Made by a program: the position numbers and the translations under genes
Part shown: piece by piece, positions 1 through 7,089 of the stretch
How the letters are laid out: each line of letters starts with the position of its first letter
Numbering within the stretch: the stretch's first letter is position 1
Source of the DNA: a virus
Length of the DNA stretch: 64,000 nucleotides
Virus record (IMG/VR): IMGVR_UViG_3300032284_002783
Location: 12,658-76,657 of that record
Reading direction: 5' to 3' (one strand)
The notes under the pieces: model-generated
What the model was told of the DNA's origin: nothing
The model's database searches: none
The model's input: only the letters and a program-made list of their open reading frames with translations

Positions 1-2
1 CA

Positions 3-572
3 GAGTTTACAATTCATAGCTTATCCTATGATCCCAGTCCAATTAAGCAATCTTGCTATGTAATTGGATATGTTGAGAGCTTACATGCACATGGTTGCGT
101 ACTGGAGCACAAAAATGTTGCAGGATCCTTTGTAGATGTAGAAGCTATTTCAGGTACAGGATTCTATATTACCAGCAGAAGTGATTGCGAATTTACAAGG
201 TTTGCTGAGCCAAATATTCATGCAGAAGGAGCACTAAAATATATAGATGGCTGTAGTAATACTGAGCTAATATCTCCGGTTAAAGTTGGTTTACCGACTG
301 TAAACTACTTACATGTTCCTAGCAATACCACCCAAACATCTCATATACACAAAAGCGCCAGAGTTGGTTGGATAGCCAAAGGTAATGGCTATGCCGTAAC
401 TGACACAGATAGGCACGTTTTATCAGAAAATATTATGTTTTTCCTTCCGGCATATGAAAATCATTATTTTGAAACCAAGCAGGATTCATTGTCTATAATT
501 GTTTTTCATCCCGATTCTGACATTGGCCCGACCGACGAAAACAATAATATGAAGGTAAGAACTCACATATAA
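3..572 (+). CDS. Cupin-domain protein (5' partial)
   Basis: Frame 3 is open from the window edge to TAA 570-572 and reads ...LKYIDGCSNTELISP...QTSHIHKSARVG...ENHYFET...FHPDSDIGPTD..RTHI*. HxH...H cupin pattern. Not in the ORF track. Confidence 0.7.
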   Translation, partial: EFTIHSLSYDPSPIKQSCYVIGYVESLHAHGCVLEHKNVAGSFVDVEAISGTGFYITSRSDCEFTRFAEPNIHAEGALKYIDGCSNTELISPVKVGLPTVNYLHVPSNTTQTSHIHKSARVGWIAKGNGYAVTDTDRHVLSENIMFFLPAYENHYFETKQDSLSIIVFHPDSDIGPTDENNNMKVRTHI

Positions 573-580
573 ATAATTTT

Positions 581-1345
581 ATGTCTATAAAATCACTTGT
601 TCGATCAAATACAATTTATTTGCCCTGGTTACAAATAATTCTCTCTGCGTTGGCTATTATTGGGGTATGCGTTTTTCCATCAGTTGGAATGTTCTGCATA
701 AGTTTGGTCTTGTATGCCTTAATTGGTTGTTTCGGCATAAGCATAGGCTATCATAGATACCTTAGTCACAAATCCTTTACATTTAAGAAATCATGGCTAC
801 AATGGCCTTGTATCTTTTTAGGATGCTTAGCTGGCACCGGTAGTCCTATAGGGTGGGTAGCAGTACACAGAGAGCATCACAGACATAGTGATCGTACCGG
901 AGATCCGCATAGTCCTCATACAATAGGATATAAGAGTCTTCTAGCAAATTATCAGTATGAATGGAATAAATGGCCAATTAGAGATTTGATTAGCAATCCA
1001 ACTCATAGATTTATACACGATTACTATTTTATTTTATTAGCAGTCTGGATAATAGCATGGGCTATTATTGGACTGCCGTTTTTGATATATGTTGTAATTT
1101 TACCGATGGTGTTGGCTATTTGGGCAAGTACTATTTCAAATTACATCAATCATAAATTTGGTTATAAAAATTACAAAACTATCGACGAAAGTAGAAACTG
1201 CTGGTACACAGCATTATTAACTTTTGGCGAGGGCTGGCATAACAACCATCATGCTAGACCAAAGAGTTACAGATTTGGTCAAAATTGGTGGGAACTTGAT
1301 CTTGGTGCTTTTTTAATAGAAAGATTTTTTGCCCGTGATCTTTAA
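581..1345 (+). CDS. Membrane fatty-acid (delta-9 type) desaturase
   Basis: Three His boxes (HRYLSH, HREHHRH, GEGWHNNHH), hydrophobic segments, WWELD motif. Confidence 0.9.
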   Translation: MSIKSLVRSNTIYLPWLQIILSALAIIGVCVFPSVGMFCISLVLYALIGCFGISIGYHRYLSHKSFTFKKSWLQWPCIFLGCLAGTGSPIGWVAVHREHHRHSDRTGDPHSPHTIGYKSLLANYQYEWNKWPIRDLISNPTHRFIHDYYFILLAVWIIAWAIIGLPFLIYVVILPMVLAIWASTISNYINHKFGYKNYKTIDESRNCWYTALLTFGEGWHNNHHARPKSYRFGQNWWELDLGAFLIERFFARDL

Positions 1346-1844
1346 AACCAACCTTCAAATTGATTTGCCAAGACTGGTTAAAGATTTATCTCGCTATATT
1401 GATGTCTTCGACCAATTTAATCAATTATCTATTGTATATGATGAAAATAGATTGGTAGAAAATATCGAACCACATTATGTTGCTATCGGCAAAAGTCCAC
1501 CAGACATTGATCAATGGAATCTTAACAAAATTTGTCCTTTATTTGCAAATAGTTATTTTGCGGAAATATTTGATCTAGTTCCATATAAGAAGCAACGTGC
1601 TAGAATAATGAGAATGGCACCTCGTAGCACATACAGTATGCATGTTGATTCATATAAACGTTTGCATTGGGCTTTAATAACAGATCCTAGCTGTCATTTA
1701 ACTTTTCAAAATAATGAACAATTTTTTGGTTGGCATATTCCGGCCAACGGTTTTGCATATCTTGTTGATACCAGAAAGATGCACTCTGCAGTAAATCCCT
1801 GGGATCAATATAGATATCATTTTGTTATTGATATAAAGGATTAA
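1329..1844 (+). CDS. Asp/Asn beta-hydroxylase-like Fe(II) oxygenase (double-stranded beta-helix fold)
   Basis: RARIMRM..HVD..RLH...DTRKMHSAVN..RYHFV pattern (HxD...H triad). Confidence 0.65.
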   Translation: MPVIFKTNLQIDLPRLVKDLSRYIDVFDQFNQLSIVYDENRLVENIEPHYVAIGKSPPDIDQWNLNKICPLFANSYFAEIFDLVPYKKQRARIMRMAPRSTYSMHVDSYKRLHWALITDPSCHLTFQNNEQFFGWHIPANGFAYLVDTRKMHSAVNPWDQYRYHFVIDIKD

Positions 1845-1846
1845 AC

Positions 1847-1993
1847 ATGAAACTACTAGTATTTCTTATATTATTGGCAATTTTGTTTGTTCTGTTTCCA
1901 GCTAAAGTTTTAGCAGCTATAATTTTAATTAGTTCTGGATTTTTATCGCTGGCTATTTTGGTATTTGTGCTAATTGCTTGTCTTCTTGGATAA
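1847..1993 (+). CDS. Small hydrophobic membrane protein (48 aa)
   Basis: ATG 1847 directly after the upstream stop, TAA 1991-1993; MKLLVFLILLAILFVLFPAKVLAAIILISSGFLSLAILVFVLIACLLG. Confidence 0.6.
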   Translation: MKLLVFLILLAILFVLFPAKVLAAIILISSGFLSLAILVFVLIACLLG

Positions 1994-1994
1994 T

Positions 1995-2272
1995 AAAAAA
2001 AATGTGCATGTGGTGATTTTGCATCTTCGGTTCAGTTGCGAACGATAGACATCAAACAGCTTGCCATGCTTACTTCTATCTGGCCATTATTTCAGACCTG
2101 CGCTTTTTCCCAATCACCTCAGGGAAGAACCATAAGACATGAGCTAGACTCTATACATGCTGTGTGTATGGTTTTCCAATGCTCATCCGGCTTCTTCCTT
2201 ACCGCGCTGGATTTTAACATGCACTATGATTTCAGCGTCTATGTTCACAGCAACATGTCAACTTACGTCATG
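1995..2272 (-). ncRNA. Unassigned ~270-nt structured, pseudoknotted RNA
   Basis: Minus-strand TAGACT-17-TAGTAT promoter (~2277-2305); long-range helices 2035-2052/2235-2254, 2004-2011/2217-2224, 2012-2018/2112-2118, 2123-2129/2192-2198, 2139-2144/2181-2186; ends in a U-tract. Confidence 0.55.
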
Positions 2273-2341
2273 CTTTATACTAGCAAATGTTAACTGATCA
2301 GTCTAGCGGATTTGTTTGAAATAATTATGTCAAAATATTAA

Positions 2342-2407
2342 TAAATAATAATGCAGTTCGCGGAATTGGCGTTCCCAACTGCTCTATAACTCAGGAGAAT
2401 TACAGCA
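2342..2407 (+). promoter_or_regulatory. Late promoter (TAAATA), hairpin leader and SD of the GIY-YIG gene
   Basis: TAAATA, then hairpin GCAGTT..GGAA-ttggcg-TTCC..AACTGC (2353-2382), then AGGAG before ATG 2408. Confidence 0.5.
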
Positions 2408-2968
2408 ATGTCTAATATTTATTATGTATATGCATATATAAGAACTAAAAACTCAGCAACTGCTAACGCAGGTACACCATATTATATTGGTAAAGGTAAA
2501 AATCGTCGTGCATGGGAAAAGCATATAGTACCACGGCCAATAGACAAAAATTATATAGTTATTGTGGAATCAAATTTAACTGAAGTTGGCGCACTTGCAT
2601 TAGAGCGCAGATTAATAAAATGGTATGGCGGGAAAGATTTAGAAACAGGTATATTACTTAATAGGACAGATGGCGGCGATGGCGGATCTAATATTGTTTA
2701 TGAAAGGACATTAGAGCATAAACAGAATCTGTCAAATGCATTGAAAGGCAAACCAAAATCTAATGAAATGAAAAAGAAATTGTCCATTACAAACACAGGA
2801 CGAAAACTATCAGAATCTACGAGGAAGAAAATATCAGAGAATAACAAAAACAGGGTATTATCTGACGAAGTATTAGCTAAGCTTAAAATGCCAAGATCTG
2901 ATGATATAAAAAGAAAAATATCAGAGTCGGTTAAAAACTCTTATCGTTTAAGAAGATTAAAACACTGA
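2408..2968 (+). CDS. Free-standing GIY-YIG homing endonuclease with NUMOD3-like repeats
   Basis: YYVYAY...PYYIGKGK..R motif, [17 protein letters not shown], basic repeats ([32 protein letters not shown]). Confidence 0.85.
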   Translation: MSNIYYVYAYIRTKNSATANAGTPYYIGKGKNRRAWEKHIVPRPIDKNYIVIVESNLTEVGALALERRLIKWYGGKDLETGILLNRTDGGDGGSNIVYERTLEHKQNLSNALKGKPKSNEMKKKLSITNTGRKLSESTRKKISENNKNRVLSDEVLAKLKMPRSDDIKRKISESVKNSYRLRRLKH

Positions 2969-3872
2969 GATTACATGTTTTACATTAGTACCTTGAGGAT
3001 TATTATGAGTCTTGCGAACTCGTTTCCCTCAACATCCACTGTCCCCTCATATTGTGAGACAGTCTACTAACAATGTCGCCTTTTTTAAGGTCAGGCAGTA
3101 GACCTTTCATGCAGTGCTACTCTACAACTTTTGCACCGTTAGCCTTGCGAGCTATTCGAGAGCGCTAACCCTCTACGACACATCTGTTACAGACCAACTC
3201 CACCTTGCGAGTTTTGTTGGGCTTGGTTCTCTTACGAGCCAAGCATTAGACATCTTTCACACTACACAGGGCCAGGCTTTGCGTTTTTGTAATCGAAAGT
3301 TGGACTTGAACCAACATACGACTGCTTGGAATGCAGTTGCCTAAACCATTCGGCTATATCGTTTGAACCTACTGTGATGTGCTGGCCCTGTTGCTGCATA
3401 CCTTGTTAGATACACAATACAACACACCACCTGTATTTCGTCTTGCAGACTACTTTACCGTTTACCTGGACACTGTCTAGCCTTACGAGCTAGCCAATCC
3501 CCTCAAAACTGCCAACCGCCCTTGGCTGCAAAGCCTCGAACTTGTTTGACTATCCATTATCTATCAGCATTCTGTTGGTTTGCGTGCAAAGGTGATACTT
3601 GCGGTATCTTACTCCTCACCGATTGGCTCTGGAGCACATCCTTTCGGACCTTTACCCAACTGTCCTGCTTACCACCCCTTTCGGATGGCTCCTTTCGGAG
3701 CAGACTGGACTTGCATAGTGGACCCTATTGCTAGGTGCTGGTAGGTAGGCCTTCCAGCTTTGGGTCAGTTGCCTGACTTATTCCATTAATGGCGCTATGC
3801 CGCCAATGCTTATTTTACATTTTATAGAACAAAAACTTTGCACATTCGCTTGCGCTTGTGTGCGCCGTCTAT
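2958..3872 (-). ncRNA. Large ornate RNA, probably GOLLD family (~915 nt)
   Basis: No credible ORF; GC-richer than flanks; about ten GNRA-capped hairpins on the minus strand (GAAA, GCAA, GUAA loops); 3' end ...AUAAUCC...GUAAUCUCAG as I recall for GOLLD; embedded tRNA; strong upstream promoter. Confidence 0.7.
3291..3363 (-). tRNA. Degenerate tRNA-Gly(UCC) embedded in the GOLLD-like RNA
   Basis: D arm TAGCCGAATGGTTTAGGC; anticodon arm ACTGC-ATTCCAA-GCAGT; T arm GTTGG-TTCAAGT-CCAAC; acceptor stem with 2 mismatches; no encoded CCA. Confidence 0.65.
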
Positions 3873-3878
3873 GTAGCT

Positions 3879-3907
3879 AATATACAGAGCTTGACCAGCG
3901 CTGTCAA
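3879..3907 (-). promoter_or_regulatory. Sigma70-type promoter of the GOLLD-like RNA
   Basis: TTGACA (3907-3902), 17 nt, TATATT (3884-3879); A-rich upstream region. Confidence 0.8.
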
Positions 3908-3967
3908 CAGCATTTTTTGATTTTTTTTAATTATTGCTGTCTTTTTTAAAAAATAGTAAAAACAGCT

Positions 3968-4498
3968 ATGAAAACTAAGTGGGAAATAAGCCTTGCACAA
4001 GGTGAATGGTTTGAGGATAATGTCGCATTGCCCTGGTTGTATGCAAATTTTCCACAATGGTGGATTACGGATTGCAGGCTAGAGAAAAAGTCACAATTTG
4101 GTGGTCCAAAAATGCGTACTGCAAATCAAGTATTAACACTGCCCGATTTTAGATTGGATAATGCAGAAACCAATCAAACTATTTGGATTGATGCCAAATA
4201 TAAGACTAAGTCTTATAAGCTAGATGATTATCCGGGCGATTACTTTACTACAATAGACCCAAGAAGCTATCAAGAATACATGGATTTTATGAAAGTTTGG
4301 CCTAACTCAGATTTTTTGATTTTGTTTGGAAAACGAACTACTAAACTACTTTATATAATGAATCTAAAAACAGCCAAGCCTGTTATGCATTGGTATAATA
4401 ATGAGCATGTTACAATGGGTAGAAATAGTGTTCCATGTTTTTCAGAGCGGTATCTAGACCCGGTTGGATCTTGGAATCCAACCCTAATGCCATACTAA
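3968..4498 (+). CDS. PD-(D/E)XK nuclease-like protein
   Basis: GE..E N-terminal helix, LPDF...WIDAKYK motif. Confidence 0.55.
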   Translation: MKTKWEISLAQGEWFEDNVALPWLYANFPQWWITDCRLEKKSQFGGPKMRTANQVLTLPDFRLDNAETNQTIWIDAKYKTKSYKLDDYPGDYFTTIDPRSYQEYMDFMKVWPNSDFLILFGKRTTKLLYIMNLKTAKPVMHWYNNEHVTMGRNSVPCFSERYLDPVGSWNPTLMPY

Positions 4499-4713
4499 AA
4501 GTTATCCCACACCAGCCGCCACATTGTATATTGTTCTTTGTTTTCAAATTTGAATAATACTTGATCCTTATTGGGTTTAATAGAAGGACAGTTATCATCA
4601 AACCATTGGTCTATGTCAGACCAATTTGTTTCCCACCAATCCCAGTTGAGAACTATTGCGTAATATGGGCCTTCATCTTGTTGATTGTTGTATACTGCTA
4701 ATTTTGTAGTCAT
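4495..4713 (-). CDS. Small hypothetical protein (F-x-F..D..F-x-L-x-W family)
   Basis: C-terminal FKFENKEQYTMWRLVW; tandem overlapping ORF run. Confidence 0.7.
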   Translation of the reverse strand: MTTKLAVYNNQQDEGPYYAIVLNWDWWETNWSDIDQWFDDNCPSIKPNKDQVLFKFENKEQYTMWRLVWDNF

Positions 4714-4949
4714 GAATGTCTCAACAAAAATAAAATATAATCTTCTTTGCTGTTAAAGTCTATGTGTGCTCCTAGACCATATGCATATTCTCCATAAACA
4801 GCGTTATATTCTTTTAATGCAAGATTCACGGTCTCTTCATTTAAGACCGCATACGGTTGCTGTTGTAATAGACAGCGGAAAAAATTAGATATATGTGGCT
4901 TTGAGTGCATAACCAATACGCTTATAGGAACGCGATAGGTCATGACCAC
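4710..4949 (-). CDS. Small hypothetical protein (same family)
   Basis: C-terminal IDFNSKEDYILFLLRHS. Confidence 0.7.
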   Translation of the reverse strand: MVMTYRVPISVLVMHSKPHISNFFRCLLQQQPYAVLNEETVNLALKEYNAVYGEYAYGLGAHIDFNSKEDYILFLLRHS

Positions 4950-5176
4950 CTCAACAGGAAAAACGCCGCATCGTGTTCATCTTCAAAATTATATGTAGCA
5001 GAATACTTAACAACAGGAGAAAGAATATTCATTCCATAATAATGATTCGTGGGGTTCACAGTGAATGTCATGCTAGAGACAAGACGATTAGAATCTTTAA
5101 AGCTTTTACAATTATCTTTAGCCCACTCTGGTATTTCGTCGGTATCATGATCAATAGTTACAGATATTAAAGCCAT
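4940..5176 (-). CDS. Small hypothetical protein (same family)
   Basis: C-terminal YNFEDEHDAAFFLLRWS. Confidence 0.7.
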   Translation of the reverse strand: MALISVTIDHDTDEIPEWAKDNCKSFKDSNRLVSSMTFTVNPTNHYYGMNILSPVVKYSATYNFEDEHDAAFFLLRWS

Positions 5177-5418
5177 GTTAGTTTAAAAACCATTGCATCT
5201 TCTTGATTTGAAAAAATTAATCTATAGCTATCGTCAACAAAGACAAAATTCCAAGTCTTTCCAATCTTTCCAAAATTGGTTTGTAACCATTCTCCAACTT
5301 CTAGCCTCAAGCTACACCACGATCTACCAATTAACAGCACTGGATGGTTTTTAGTCTGGGCCGACCGATCATCTATAGGAAGCTCAACTATAACCATGTT
5401 AGTGTAAACATAGCACAA
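5167..5418 (-). CDS. Small hypothetical protein (same family)
   Basis: C-terminal LIFSNQEDAMVFKLTWL; true start possibly at MVIVEL. Confidence 0.7.
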   Translation of the reverse strand: MCYVYTNMVIVELPIDDRSAQTKNHPVLLIGRSWCSLRLEVGEWLQTNFGKIGKTWNFVFVDDSYRLIFSNQEDAMVFKLTWL

Positions 5419-5831
5419 TCTTCTCGATTTTCAAAGTAAAATCTGCTAAATCTCATATCAAAAATATATCCACATTCGCCCAAGTTGTGGATGCACCAAA
5501 GCTTCGCCTCTCCAGCTTTTTTATAATCGTTAACATAAACCCACGGATAGTTTGCTGCCACGATATCGGCGTGCAAAGTAAACTTACGTCTATCATATAA
5601 ACGCAAGAATTTCTTAAAATGTCCAGGTTGTAGAGGTATTTTTAATCTGTTATCATATTTACGTTTGGATTTAGACCCGTATCTAATACTGAAAATTTGA
5701 CCAGTAGGTGCAGTCATTGGCTGTACACCAATAATATCATTAGCGACAACTGTTGGAACGGCTCTATGGAGTATTGTTGTTACTACCTGTGATATGGATT
5801 CTTGTGTTGATACAGTATCAGACATAGACAT
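5388..5831 (-). CDS. Same small-protein family, fused to a gp23 major-capsid-like (Gol-like) peptide
   Basis: N-terminal ILHRAVPTVVANDIIGVQPMTAPTGQIFSIRY; C-terminal FYFENREDCAMFTLTWL. Confidence 0.7.
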   Translation of the reverse strand: MSMSDTVSTQESISQVVTTILHRAVPTVVANDIIGVQPMTAPTGQIFSIRYGSKSKRKYDNRLKIPLQPGHFKKFLRLYDRRKFTLHADIVAANYPWVYVNDYKKAGEAKLWCIHNLGECGYIFDMRFSRFYFENREDCAMFTLTWL

Positions 5832-5878
5832 GCAAATAGTATACGGTCATAACCCTAGGAAATATGATAAATATTTTT

Positions 5879-6751
5879 ATGTGTGTTATAGCAGTGAAAT
5901 ATCTACCAGAAATTGGTTGGATAGGTGTAAAAAATAGAGATCGCGGATATTATCCAGAAATCAATATACGTAAAAGTACCAAGCATGGCATTGAACGCTG
6001 CTATATCTGGGATGCAAATACCAAGTATACAGAAGGTGTAAACGAGCACGGCGTTAGTATTATATCGGCTAGCATGGCCACTATTAGTGATGAAAAAGGT
6101 GCAGGAACCACTACACACGAAGGTACAAATAAAAATTATATGAGTCCAGATGGTAAAAAGATTCGCACCGCGCTTTTAGAAAAAACCTGTAAATCTGCAT
6201 TGGAATGCTTGGTTGAAAAAGAACTTACAGGACATACGTTTGTTTTTAATGAGAACGAATGCTACATTCTTGAGAGTGGTTACAGAAACGGAACGTTTGT
6301 TTATAAGATACAGGAAATACAACCTAATCAAGTCTGCGTTAGAACTAATCACGGAATACTGTTGCCATGGGCAGGATATCAACGTGTGCAGACAGATCCT
6401 TCGCATAGTCGTAAACGTGTTAGCAGCGAAGTACGTAAGATTAAAAGTGAACTAGGTATGATTCCTAGCAAAACTGTAAAAGAAGCACTTAACAGTATTA
6501 TGGATCACAGTGAGCCTAATCCTCAACTTAATCCCTGCAGAATAGATGACAGAGATGGTTATATGAAAACCACTGGACAAATAGCTATAGTTCCAAAACA
6601 TAGAAAACTATATTATCGTCCAATTTGGAGTGCCTTAGAAGTTGATTTTAATAAAATCAATCACGGGCATAGTAAAACATTTTTTGAAGTAATTGATGTG
6701 CCAGCTGATACAGCTAAAGCCAGTGCTAAATTAAAAATTGCAAAAAGTTAG
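5879..6751 (+). CDS. Ntn-hydrolase (N-terminal Cys nucleophile; peptidase C45/choloylglycine hydrolase-like)
   Basis: Probable start MCVIAVK at 5879; KNRD, EGVNEHG, RTNH motifs. Confidence 0.65.
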   Translation: MCVIAVKYLPEIGWIGVKNRDRGYYPEINIRKSTKHGIERCYIWDANTKYTEGVNEHGVSIISASMATISDEKGAGTTTHEGTNKNYMSPDGKKIRTALLEKTCKSALECLVEKELTGHTFVFNENECYILESGYRNGTFVYKIQEIQPNQVCVRTNHGILLPWAGYQRVQTDPSHSRKRVSSEVRKIKSELGMIPSKTVKEALNSIMDHSEPNPQLNPCRIDDRDGYMKTTGQIAIVPKHRKLYYRPIWSALEVDFNKINHGHSKTFFEVIDVPADTAKASAKLKIAKS

Positions 6752-7089
6752 ACGTGAAAACTTTGACCGCACCCGCAACGACCTTTCTCGTTGGGATTAG
6801 TGAAAAAGAAACCGTTTGAAAATTCTTCTTCTTTATAGTCCATAATTGAGCCAATTAAAAAAAGTATACTTTTTCTGTCTATGAGAATCTTAATATCATC
6901 TATAGCAATTACTTCATCTTGTGCATCTATGCTATCGCTGTATTCTAATGTATAACTTAGGCCGCTGCAGCCTTTAGTACGAATACCAATTCTGATGCCA
7001 GCTGTGTCTTTTGACCTAGCAGCAATCATTTCTTTTATTTTACTTGCAGCTAACTCAGTTACCTGTAGTAGCTGAGGACGATTCTTCAT
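6748..7089 (-). CDS. iscA: Fe-S cluster assembly A-type carrier IscA
   Basis: TKGCSGLSY and NPNEKGRCGCGQSF motifs; follows iscU; probable start MKNRPQ. Confidence 0.9.
   Translation of the reverse strand: MKNRPQLLQVTELAASKIKEMIAARSKDTAGIRIGIRTKGCSGLSYTLEYSDSIDAQDEVIAIDDIKILIDRKSILFLIGSIMDYKEEEFSNGFFFTNPNEKGRCGCGQSFHV

Noticed and set aside
2036-3734. + strand track ORFs 2036-2293, 3114-3344 and 3522-3734
   Set aside because: They lie antisense to structured RNA genes, have TTG/GTG starts without SD, and show no protein-like motifs
2000-3870. Group I intron containing the GIY-YIG ORF
   Set aside because: No interrupted host gene or exons; the ORF is antisense to the structured RNAs; each RNA has its own promoter
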